Shown: positions 39,693 to 47,871 of the stretch, piece after piece | Layout: each line of letters starts with the position of its first letter | How positions within the stretch are numbered: position 1 is the stretch's first letter | Assembly: GCA_020024915.1 (NCBI GenBank) | Contig: JAHHSZ010000001.1 | Span: 1-48,652 of the forward strand | DNA: 48,652 nucleotides | Direction of reading: 5' to 3' | Source: Fusobacterium sp. | GTDB taxonomy: Bacteria; Fusobacteriota; Fusobacteriia; Fusobacteriales; Fusobacteriaceae | The notes under the pieces: model-generated | Told to the model about the DNA's origin: nothing | What the model saw: the letters and a program-made list of their open reading frames with translations, nothing else | The model's database searches: none | Position numbers and translations under genes: made by a program

Positions 39693-41267
39693 TTAATAAC
39701 TACCTTGTTTGTATAAAAGCCCCTTCATCTTAAAAACCTTACTCTCTGGAAGTAAAAGTGTCAATTGATCACCACTTTCAATAACAGTATTGCCCTTAGG
39801 AATAATCTCATGTCCATTTCTTGAGATTGCTACAACTAAGATATCACGCTCCCAAACCACTTCACATATCTTCTTTCCATCCAGTTCCGACTCTGCCGCT
39901 ACTGGTACTGTTATAATCGTTTTATTCTTACAAATCTCTTCCTCTTTAGGTGTATCTTTTGGCATACGCTCGAATAATATCTCATAAACAGGCTCCAATC
40001 CCAAAAGTTCTGTTACATAGTAAGCTATTACAGAAACTGTTACTAATGCTAATAGATGATCTAAATTTCCTGTCATCTCCAATATCAATACTGCCCCAGT
40101 AATTGGTGCTCTTACTACAGCCACAAAGTATCCAGCCATTCCTAAAACCATAAAGTGTGGAACAGCTCCTATTCCTATATCAAAATACTTTATAAGTGTA
40201 AGTCCATATATCTTACCAATAATGGCTCCTAAAACTAACATGGGTAAGAAAATTCCTCCTGCAAACCCTGTTGCATAACATAGTGCTGTAAAAAATAGTT
40301 TTACTATGAATATTATCATCAACAGTTGTATTGCTCTATTTCCGCCAGCCATCTCTTCCACTAGTTTATGTCCTCCACCTGTTACCTCTGGTAAAAAATA
40401 ACAGAATAGAAAAGATGTAGACATAACAAATGAAATCTTTACCCATCTAGGTAATTTTATACTTTTAAATCTGTCCTGTACCCTTATTAGAGTTACTGTA
40501 AATAGTTTACCAAAAAATGCAATAATAACTCCAAGTAAGATATAAAGTATAAACTGGTAGTATGGATTCATATTTTTGGGATATGAAGCAATCAAATCAA
40601 ATGAAGGATTCATTCCAAATATTCTTCTTCCAACAAAATCAGATGCTATACTAGCCAAAAATGTACAAATCAATAGCTTTGCAGAGATAAATTTGTGCAA
40701 CTCCTCTAATGCAAACATAACTCCTGATAATGGAGCTCCAAAAGCACCGGACAATCCTGCACTAGCTCCACTAGTTACAAGATATTTTTTTTCAATAGTA
40801 TCACGATCAAAAATCTTTGTCATTCCAAACCCTATATATGACCCTAACTGTACTGACGGTCCCTCTCTCCCTAAAGAAAGTCCAGCACCTATACTCATAA
40901 GACCAGCTATAAATTTTGCAATTAACTCCTGTAGCCATTTACAATAATCTAATTGTCTCAACAGTATTCCTTTTACTTGTGGAATACCACTTCCAGATAT
41001 TTTAGGATATTTTCTAGATATGTAATCTACAAATAATCCAATCAAAACAAAAAATAACCAAACAACAAGTACAAAATATGGTTTTCCTTCCAAAGAGTTA
41101 CCTATTACCTCAGTTCTGAGATGGTTAAAAAAGTTTAAAACCAATCTATAAAGAGATACTGTAAATCCTGTCAAGGCTCCCACTACTACACATAGCAAAT
41201 ATAACCTTCCACTCCCTTTTTGTAAGAGTCTTAGATTATCTGCTGCTGTTTCTATTTTCATTAGCAA
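39693..41267 (-). CDS. clcA: ClC family H+/Cl- antiporter with C-terminal TrkA-C (RCK_C) domain
   Basis: GSGIP, GREGP, GGIFLP, EMTG; C-terminal ELDGKKI...IIPKGNTVIESGD. Confidence 0.9.
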   Translation of the reverse strand: MLMKIETAADNLRLLQKGSGRLYLLCVVVGALTGFTVSLYRLVLNFFNHLRTEVIGNSLEGKPYFVLVVWLFFVLIGLFVDYISRKYPKISGSGIPQVKGILLRQLDYCKWLQELIAKFIAGLMSIGAGLSLGREGPSVQLGSYIGFGMTKIFDRDTIEKKYLVTSGASAGLSGAFGAPLSGVMFALEELHKFISAKLLICTFLASIASDFVGRRIFGMNPSFDLIASYPKNMNPYYQFILYILLGVIIAFFGKLFTVTLIRVQDRFKSIKLPRWVKISFVMSTSFLFCYFLPEVTGGGHKLVEEMAGGNRAIQLLMIIFIVKLFFTALCYATGFAGGIFLPMLVLGAIIGKIYGLTLIKYFDIGIGAVPHFMVLGMAGYFVAVVRAPITGAVLILEMTGNLDHLLALVTVSVIAYYVTELLGLEPVYEILFERMPKDTPKEEEICKNKTIITVPVAAESELDGKKICEVVWERDILVVAISRNGHEIIPKGNTVIESGDQLTLLLPESKVFKMKGLLYKQGSY

Positions 41268-41502
41268 CCTCCAGCTTTTTATTATCTAACTCTTCTATTT
41301 TAATATTTTTTCTGTTGTTATTCAACTATTTTTTTATTTCTATATTTTTTGGCAGGCATATAGAAATATTCTATCTGCATTATACCAACTTTATTTTTCC
41401 TTTTCTATCTATCAAAAAAAAATTAATTCTATTCATAATTTTATAGTTTAAAATGTATATTTACAATATTTTAAACTATTTCATTGTTCATAATTATTGA
41501 AT

Positions 41503-42426
41503 CTAATCTTCTACAACTTTCTCAATTATCTTTATACTTTTATTTTCACTATCAACTTTGCAAAGAGCTCCCAATGGTAGTGTCAACATAGGTTCACTAT
41601 GTCCACTCTCTAAATTATATAATACTGGTTTTCCTAAATTTTTAAAATAATCTTCAAAAACCTTTATTAATGGCATATCCTTTTCAGAATTTGGTTCACA
41701 ATTTTTGAAATCTCCCAATACAATACCTTGAACCTTATCCAAAACTCCATGTTTTTTTAATTGATTTAAAAATCTATCAATTCTGTAAGTTTTCTCTCCT
41801 ATCTCCTCTAAAAACAGTATCTTATCTCTATAATCCAAGTCATACTCTGTTCCTAAAGTGGCTATAAGAGTTGTCAAATTTCCACCTACAAGTACACCTC
41901 TAGCTCTTCCATGAGATATCACTCCAATCTCTTTTGAAAAGTTTTTTATCTCCAACTCTTTTGAAGAATTTGAGACTACCTCTACAAAGTTTTTATAACT
42001 CTCTTCACTATAGTTGCCTAAAAAATTGCTCACAGCCATAGGACCATGAAATGTCACAAGCTGAACTCTCTCATTTAGAGCTATATGCAATGTAGTTATA
42101 TCACTGTATCCTATGAATATTTTAGGATTTTCTCTGATCATATCTAAATCTAGATACTCCACAATTCTGTTGCAACCATAACCACCACGCATACACATTA
42201 TTGCTGATATCTCTTTATTTGCAAAAAATTCATTTATCTCTTGAGCTCTCTCCATATCTGTTCCAGCATAAGAGTACCACTCTTTCTTAGTACACTCTCC
42301 TAAAATTACTTTATAACCCATAGCTTCTATATTTTTTTTAGCCTCCAAAACCCTCTCAAAAGAGGTATTACTTGCTGGTGCTACAATTCCAATAATATCA
42401 CCTTTTTTTAATTTCTTTCCTAACAT
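41503..42426 (-). CDS. ldcA: LD-carboxypeptidase (S66, LdcA/MccF family), no signal peptide
   Basis: GIVAPAS, RGGYG, GYSDIT (Ser), HGPM, GGNL, LEEIGE (Glu), SGH (His). Confidence 0.9.
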   Translation of the reverse strand: MLGKKLKKGDIIGIVAPASNTSFERVLEAKKNIEAMGYKVILGECTKKEWYSYAGTDMERAQEINEFFANKEISAIMCMRGGYGCNRIVEYLDLDMIRENPKIFIGYSDITTLHIALNERVQLVTFHGPMAVSNFLGNYSEESYKNFVEVVSNSSKELEIKNFSKEIGVISHGRARGVLVGGNLTTLIATLGTEYDLDYRDKILFLEEIGEKTYRIDRFLNQLKKHGVLDKVQGIVLGDFKNCEPNSEKDMPLIKVFEDYFKNLGKPVLYNLESGHSEPMLTLPLGALCKVDSENKSIKIIEKVVED

Positions 42427-42435
42427 ATATCACCT

Positions 42436-44088
42436 TTAAAATAGATCTATCAGTAATTTTTCCATCTCATTTTTTAACTTTCTTCTACTTCCATTCCAGT
42501 GGTTTACTATAACAGTAAAAGCATACTCTCTATCATCTTTTTTTATATATCCAGTATATGATTGTATTCCACTCATACTACCACTTTTTATTCTCACTTC
42601 TCCATCAAATTTTTTAGGATTTAAAAAATCGTAAACTGTACCTTCATAACCTCCTCTAGGAAGTAATTTAATGTAAGCAGGATAGTTTTGATACATATAT
42701 GCTACTATACTTGTTAATAACTCTGCTGATACATAATCTCCTCTTGATAATCCACTCCCATCGTCCATGTTCAGTACCTTTGTATCTATACCTTTCTCTT
42801 CCCAAAACTCCTCTATATTGACATCTTGAAGTTTTAACAATTGAAATAGATGTTCAGTATAGTGGTTGTCACTTCTTTTTAATAAAGTTCTTACCATCTC
42901 TTTTATTGGTGCAGATTTTGTCACTGCTAAAGTCTTAGGGTTTTTAGCTCTTTTAGAAGTTTCTCTAGCTGTTTTTACTTTTCCATTAACCTTTATATTT
43001 GCTGAATTTAAATTAATTTTTAAATACTCACCTAAAAATAATCCTGGATTAGGAATATCACTCTGTATTACTATCTTTGATTTTTTAGGTACTTCTCCAG
43101 TCAAAACTCTCTTGTTCTCAAGTGGTAACCCTCTAACAGAAAATTCTCTACGCCCTTTTGGTGATATTTTTAATCTATTCTCAATTTTCAATCCAGGAAT
43201 TTTAGGTTTTACATCTAAAATTTCAACATTCTTCTCTCCAGAGTTTAGAGTTAGGGTATACAAATTATCAAATACACTTATCCCGTAAACTCCTTGTCCA
43301 TAGTTAGTTCCAAAATCTTCTAACAGCCACTTTTCTTCAACTCCAACGTATCCAAAAAGATTATCTATTACAATTATATCCCCTTTTACTCCCTTTATTC
43401 CTGCTGATTTTATCTTGGCTATCCAATCATTTATAAAAGCCATTCTATCTATCTTCACACCGTCAGATCCAAGAGTTGGATCTCCGCCACCTATTATATA
43501 TATATCCCCTGTCAATATTCCTTTGGGGTCTATCTTTCCATCATATAATAGCTTCGTTTCTAGTTTTGTATCTGCTCCTAATTTCTGAATAGCTGTAGAT
43601 GATGTTATCACTTTCATTATTGAGGCTGGAGTTATAGCTCTCTTCTCATTATATGAAGCCACCTGTTTTCCCTTTTGTAAATCAACAATACTAATTCCTA
43701 TATTGCTATGTTGTAACATCTCTAAGTTAATAAATCTTTCTACTGCTCTTTGCTCCCTTGTTTGAGTGATTTTTTTCTCTTGAACCTCCTGTTTTTTCTC
43801 AGGCTTTATCTCTACTACTTCATTTTTTACCTCTTCAACAACTGTTTCCATTGGTTCAACTTTCTCTTGTTCAAGTAACTCACTCTTTATCTCTTCAGAA
43901 CTCTCATCCTCCTTATAAAACTCACTCTCTAATCCATTTAGTATCTGCCCTGGTGCTTTCACTTCATTTTTTGTTGAGACTTCCTCTACTGCTACATCTT
44001 CATTTTTTAGATTATCAACTGGTATGTGTGTATTACTACAACCTGTCAATAAAACTAAAGCTAGTACAAAACATTTTAATTTTACCAT
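42436..44088 (-). CDS. dacB: D-Ala-D-Ala carboxypeptidase/endopeptidase PBP4 (S13), lipoprotein with an acidic N-terminal linker
   Basis: Lipobox LTGC; PASIMK (SxxK), GGGDPTL, SDN, DGSGLSR, KSG; probable ATG 44088 after GGAG (track start TTG 44100). Confidence 0.9.
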   Translation of the reverse strand: MVKLKCFVLALVLLTGCSNTHIPVDNLKNEDVAVEEVSTKNEVKAPGQILNGLESEFYKEDESSEEIKSELLEQEKVEPMETVVEEVKNEVVEIKPEKKQEVQEKKITQTREQRAVERFINLEMLQHSNIGISIVDLQKGKQVASYNEKRAITPASIMKVITSSTAIQKLGADTKLETKLLYDGKIDPKGILTGDIYIIGGGDPTLGSDGVKIDRMAFINDWIAKIKSAGIKGVKGDIIVIDNLFGYVGVEEKWLLEDFGTNYGQGVYGISVFDNLYTLTLNSGEKNVEILDVKPKIPGLKIENRLKISPKGRREFSVRGLPLENKRVLTGEVPKKSKIVIQSDIPNPGLFLGEYLKINLNSANIKVNGKVKTARETSKRAKNPKTLAVTKSAPIKEMVRTLLKRSDNHYTEHLFQLLKLQDVNIEEFWEEKGIDTKVLNMDDGSGLSRGDYVSAELLTSIVAYMYQNYPAYIKLLPRGGYEGTVYDFLNPKKFDGEVRIKSGSMSGIQSYTGYIKKDDREYAFTVIVNHWNGSRRKLKNEMEKLLIDLF

Positions 44089-44109
44089 TTTCTTCTCCAA
44101 ATTATATTT

Positions 44110-44649
44110 TTATGCAAACACAATTCTACAAATCCATACTGCTGTTAATAATCCTGCTAAGTCTGCTAATAATCCTGCTAATACTGCATGTCTTGTTTTT
44201 CTTATGCTTACTGCTCCAAAATATACTGCAAGAACATAAAAAGTTGTTTCAGTTGACCCCATCATAGTTGAGGCTATTCTACCTATCAATGAATCTGGTC
44301 CATAAGTTATCATCAGATCATTCATAACTCCTGTAGCCCCTCCTCCAGATAGAGGTCTTAAAATTGCCATTGGTAATACCTCTCCAGGCATACCTATTAT
44401 TGAAAATACTGGATCTAGTACTTTCAACATTATATCTATACATCCAGAGGCTCTAAATATTCCTATGGCAACTAACATGGCAACTAAAAAAGGTATTATC
44501 CTAATAGCTGTATCAAAACCTTCCTTAGCTCCTTCACAAAATACTTCATATACCTTTACTTTTTTTACAAAGTAAGCATATCCCACTATTATTAATATAA
44601 TTAAAGGAATTGCATAAAGTGATATACCTTCCATTATTCTTACAAACAT
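44110..44649 (-). CDS. spmB: SpmB-like nucleoside-recognition (Gate) membrane protein
   Basis: VYEVFCEGAKEG, IGIFRASG, LRPLSGGG, GPDS, GSTETTFYVLAVYFG, TRHA. Confidence 0.92.
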   Translation of the reverse strand: MFVRIMEGISLYAIPLIILIIVGYAYFVKKVKVYEVFCEGAKEGFDTAIRIIPFLVAMLVAIGIFRASGCIDIMLKVLDPVFSIIGMPGEVLPMAILRPLSGGGATGVMNDLMITYGPDSLIGRIASTMMGSTETTFYVLAVYFGAVSIRKTRHAVLAGLLADLAGLLTAVWICRIVFA

Positions 44650-44698
44650 ATTTCTCCTCCTAAATTTTACTAAAATTTTAATATTATTTCAATCTCTT

Positions 44699-45295
44699 TT
44701 ATCTTTTTTCTCTTTTATATGCAGGTAATTTTTCTAAAAACTTACAAGACACTACTGCCACTACAGTTGAAACAATAGTCGCTATTATTGTTGGAGCTAT
44801 TATTTCAGTAGCATTTGTAGATCCGGCTGCCACTCTATAAGCTATAGTACTTGATGAGATCAGTGTCACTGAAGATGTATTTATTGCTAAAAACATAACC
44901 ATTGAGTTTGTTGCCTCATCCTTATTATCATTTAACAATTGTAACTCTTGCATTGCCTTTATTCCTAATGGAGTAGCAGCATTTCCTAATCCAAAAAAGT
45001 TTGCTGCCATATTTGCAACTATACTTCCCATTGCAGGATGATCTGCTGGTATTTCTGGAAATAATTTTACCATTAAAGGTTTCATTGCCTTCCCTAAAGC
45101 TTTTACCATTCCAGCTTCCTCTGCTACCTTCATAAGCCCTAACCATAGAGCCATAACTCCTATCATCTCTATAGATAGTGTCACTGCTGTACTAGCACTA
45201 GAGATGGCTGAATCTGTTATCACCTGTACATTCCCAGTAAATATACCAACTAAAATTCCAATCACTATCAAACCACACCAAATCGCATTAATCAT
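44699..45295 (-). CDS. spmA: SpmA-like nucleoside-recognition (Gate) membrane protein
   Basis: MINAIW, LWLGLMKVAE, LFPEIPADHPAMG, GLGNAATPLGIKAM, FLAINTSS. Confidence 0.92.
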   Translation of the reverse strand: MINAIWCGLIVIGILVGIFTGNVQVITDSAISSASTAVTLSIEMIGVMALWLGLMKVAEEAGMVKALGKAMKPLMVKLFPEIPADHPAMGSIVANMAANFFGLGNAATPLGIKAMQELQLLNDNKDEATNSMVMFLAINTSSVTLISSSTIAYRVAAGSTNATEIIAPTIIATIVSTVVAVVSCKFLEKLPAYKREKR

Positions 45296-45327
45296 AAAAA
45301 ACCTCCTCTAAAATTTAATTTAAAATT

Positions 45328-45352
45328 AAAAAAATCACAGCTGAACTGTGAT
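45328..45352 (-). terminator. Leader terminator (riboswitch expression platform) upstream of spmA
   Basis: Minus strand ATCACAG-TTCAG-CTGTGAT-TTTTTT, between the aptamer and the spmA RBS (AGGAGG). Confidence 0.85.
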
Positions 45353-45371
45353 AGTCTATTAAATATCTTTT

Positions 45372-45536
45372 CAGATAGTACTTCATTAAAAACTAATGAC
45401 AAACACTATAAATATTGTTTATAGTGCCAATAAAAAAGTTCAGCCCTCTTTTTTACTTCAGCAAATTCCCCTTTCAAAATATCATAACGCCTGCCAAGCT
45501 ATATAATCCTACTCTTGTCCTTTGCTCCCTACCTTT
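45372..45536 (-). promoter_or_regulatory. Lysine-riboswitch (L-box)-like aptamer with a variant ligand pocket
   Basis: P1 AGGTAG/CTATCT; P2 GCAAA/TTTGC; loop-E strands AAGAGTA and GAAAGG; P3 GTAAAAAAG/CTTTTTTAT; P4 CACTATAAA-CAATA-TTTATAGTG; TGTCA; P5 CATTA/TAATG; ~165 nt; followed by a terminator. Confidence 0.85.
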
Positions 45537-45553
45537 ATTCAATTTATATTGTA

Positions 45554-45583
45554 AGTATACTATAATTACTGTTTTTTGTACAA
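45554..45583 (-). promoter_or_regulatory. Promoter for the riboswitch-spmA operon
   Basis: Minus strand TTGTAC (45583-45578), 18 bp, TATACT (45559-45554); ~20 nt upstream of P1. Confidence 0.6.
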
Positions 45584-45612
45584 TATATTTTATATTTTGT
45601 ACAATATATTTT
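45574..45612. repeat. 18-bp direct repeat TTTTGTACAATATATTTT x2 with palindromic TTGTACAA core
   Basis: Exact copies at 45574-45591 and 45595-45612. Confidence 0.85.
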
Positions 45613-45662
45613 GTATATAAAGTTATTAAAAAAATATTTTATTTAGACTCACAAAATATTTA

Positions 45663-45690
45663 TTGACAATAACAAAATATATGCTATAAT
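45663..45690 (+). promoter_or_regulatory. Consensus sigma70 promoter with no downstream + strand CDS
   Basis: TTGACA (45663-45668), 16 bp including TGc, TATAAT (45685-45690). Confidence 0.75.
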
Positions 45691-45696
45691 AATATT

Positions 45697-45780
45697 GTCA
45701 TAAGACATTTCCTTAAATTACATTTTAATTTCTACGTATAAAGAAGTCCTGAGGCCGAAGGGGCTTCTTTATCGTTTTTT
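45697..45780 (+). ncRNA. Candidate ~84-nt small regulatory RNA
   Basis: Starts 7 nt after TATAAT; 5' mini-hairpin GTC-ATAA-GAC; CATTTCCTTAAA; long 3' hairpin 45738-45772 plus TTTTTT. Confidence 0.6.
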
Positions 45781-45847
45781 GAGTTTTTATAATTATTTGA
45801 TGTTATAAGTAAAAAATACTCTTACTAGCTAGAAGTGCCTTATACAT

Positions 45848-46606
45848 CTATTTTATAAAATAATCTAACTTTTTACCTATCTCTTCACAAGCTATTTTTA
45901 TCTCTTCAACTATTAATTCTAACTTCTCCTCTGTCAAATTATCTGGAAAACATGGACAACTTATAGCTGCTACAATTCTATTTCTATTATCTAAGATTGG
46001 AAGAGCAACTGCTTTTATATTATTGGAATGTTCCATATGATCGTAGGAGATTTTTTGTAAATTGATTTTTAATAATGCTTTCTTTAAAATCTCTCTATCT
46101 ATAATTGTATTTTCCGTATATTTAGATAGTACTTTAGGTAAAAGTTTATTCAATCTATTTTCACTTAACTGGCAAATAAGTAATTTACTAGCTGCTCCTG
46201 CATGGAGTGGAAATATTGCATTCTCTGAAACGGAAACTTTTATTATATCACTACTCTCAACAGTTGAAATAGTTCTTATCTTATCATTATCTAACACACT
46301 TAATTTAAATGTCTCTTTAAATTTCAATGAAAGTGCTTCTAAATATGGATATGTTACATTCTTTAAGAGAGTATACTTCTCATTTCTATTTGAAAAAAAG
46401 TAAAATTTTTCACCCAATGTATACTCTTTATCCTCAAAATTTAAATATTTCAAATTCGTCAATACTTCTAACAGTCTATTCACTGTAGCTTTAGAAAGTC
46501 CCAAATCTTTTGCTATGGAACTTTGAGTTGCAGAGTATTTATAGTATAAATAGTTGAATATCTTATCTGCTTTATCTATAGCTGGAACCTTTGATTTTTC
46601 ACTCAA
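45848..46606 (-). CDS. IclR family transcriptional regulator (probable KdgR-like)
   Basis: VPAIDKA...LGLSKATVNRLL HTH; PLHAGAASK; AVALPI...VAAIS; TTG start after AGGAGG. Confidence 0.88.
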   Translation of the reverse strand: MSEKSKVPAIDKADKIFNYLYYKYSATQSSIAKDLGLSKATVNRLLEVLTNLKYLNFEDKEYTLGEKFYFFSNRNEKYTLLKNVTYPYLEALSLKFKETFKLSVLDNDKIRTISTVESSDIIKVSVSENAIFPLHAGAASKLLICQLSENRLNKLLPKVLSKYTENTIIDREILKKALLKINLQKISYDHMEHSNNIKAVALPILDNRNRIVAAISCPCFPDNLTEEKLELIVEEIKIACEEIGKKLDYFIK

Positions 46607-46737
46607 TTTACTTCCTCCTGATATAAACTCTTTTTTTTATTACTTTATATTTTATAGTAACATATTTTCAGATTTATTTTAATAATTTTATTTCAAATTT
46701 CTCCCATTTTCCAACTCAAACAGATAAAATAAAATAT

Positions 46738-46781
46738 AAAACAGGAAAAAACTACCTTATATCCAAAGTAGTTCCTCCCTG
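46738..46781 (-). terminator. Imperfect terminator after kdgK
   Basis: CAGGAAAAACTAC...GTAGTTCCTCCCTG imperfect stem. Confidence 0.45.
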
Positions 46782-46815
46782 CTATATTGTTAAATTATTT
46801 TTAGTTAAATATTAA

Positions 46816-47853
46816 TTATCTGTTCATCTCAGATGTATTTCCATTATCATGGTCTGCTATAATCCTCTCTACAAGAGCTGAGTCAGCACAAGAAATATCT
46901 CCAACTATTGTATTCTTTAAAACAGAGTTAGCATTTCCATATTTCATTGCTCTTTCTGCTTCATTAAAGTGTAGGATTCCATATAGTACTCCTGCTACAT
47001 AAGCATCTCCACTTCCTATTCTATCAACTATCTCAATATTTTCATAAGCTCTTTCTGAATAGAATGTGTCTGACTTTCTATCATATACTAATGATGAGAA
47101 ATTATGAGATTTAGGAGAGTTTACAACTCTTTGAGTAGAAGCTATGAATGATAGATCATACTCTTTTGCAAATGCTCTTATAATATCTTTTAGATCTCCT
47201 GTCTTTTCAAACATCTTTCTAAAAGTTTCTTCTGAAGCAAATAATATATCTACATCTGGAAGTATCTTCTCTATTTCAACCTTTGCCTCTGGCTCTGACC
47301 ATAGATTTCTTCTGAAGTTTACATCAAAAGACACCAATGCCCCACCTTTTTTAAAGTTTGAAATTAGATCCTTTGTCAAAGTCATAGAAGTTTCACAAAG
47401 CCCTAATGATATTCCACTTGTATGGAAAATTTTAGTTTTTCCATATACTTCTGGATTTACTTCATTTACTGTCATTCTCTGAAAAGATGAGTTTAGTCTA
47501 TCATAAGTAACATTTGGTTTTCTAGGTGATGATCCATACTCATAATAATATATAGGCATACGTTTATATTTACTATCATCATAGATTAAAAAATCATCAG
47601 CTACACCATTCAATGTCATTGATTTTCTAGCAAATTTTCCCAACTCATTATTTGGTAAAGTTGTTAACATTGCTGTCCTTTCTCCCAAAATAGATACTGA
47701 ACTAGCTACGTTAAATTCTGCTCCACCCATCTGTTTTGTCAAAAGATTTCCTTGAATAAGCATCTCATTATTTAAAGGAGATAATCTCATAATCATCTCT
47801 CCACAACAAACTAGACCAAACTCTTTTTCTGTAAAATCAAATATTTTACTCAT
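46816..47853 (-). CDS. kdgK: 2-keto-3-deoxygluconate kinase (PfkB family)
   Basis: GEMIMRLSP, GGAEFNVA, SFDVNFRRNLW, VDRIGSGDAY; adjacent to eda. Confidence 0.88.
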   Translation of the reverse strand: MSKIFDFTEKEFGLVCCGEMIMRLSPLNNEMLIQGNLLTKQMGGAEFNVASSVSILGERTAMLTTLPNNELGKFARKSMTLNGVADDFLIYDDSKYKRMPIYYYEYGSSPRKPNVTYDRLNSSFQRMTVNEVNPEVYGKTKIFHTSGISLGLCETSMTLTKDLISNFKKGGALVSFDVNFRRNLWSEPEAKVEIEKILPDVDILFASEETFRKMFEKTGDLKDIIRAFAKEYDLSFIASTQRVVNSPKSHNFSSLVYDRKSDTFYSERAYENIEIVDRIGSGDAYVAGVLYGILHFNEAERAMKYGNANSVLKNTIVGDISCADSALVERIIADHDNGNTSEMNR

Positions 47854-47871
47854 TTATTTTCCTCCAAGATA

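Noticed and set aside
41268..41502. Possible fluoride riboswitch / fluoride-specific ClC
   Set aside because: No crcB-motif consensus, only a weak hairpin (GCAG...CTGC). The protein has the chloride-type GSGIP and GREGP signatures.
41503..42426. MccF microcin C immunity protein
   Set aside because: Same S66 family, but no microcin genes are present and adjacency to PBP4 favours LdcA.
44110..45295. spmA/spmB as evidence of sporulation
   Set aside because: No other sporulation genes are present, the context is an LPS-diderm, and the family occurs in non-sporulators.
45415..45666. 83-aa + strand ORF from the track
   Set aside because: Antisense to the riboswitch and its promoter, no RBS, low-complexity composition.
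45648..45708. 19-aa hydrophobic minus-strand ORF (MSYDNIIIAYILLLSINIL) antisense to the sRNA candidate, resembling a type I toxin-antitoxin pair
   Set aside because: AAGG is only 2 nt from the ATG, there is no evident promoter, and the peptide is what the reverse complement of an AT-rich promoter typically yields.
1595..47482. Other short ORFs nested in or antisense to well-supported genes (e.g. 6149-6448, 19659-19913, 22172-22549, 35377-35790, 42866-43288)
   Set aside because: Shadow ORFs with no RBS and no recognisable motifs.
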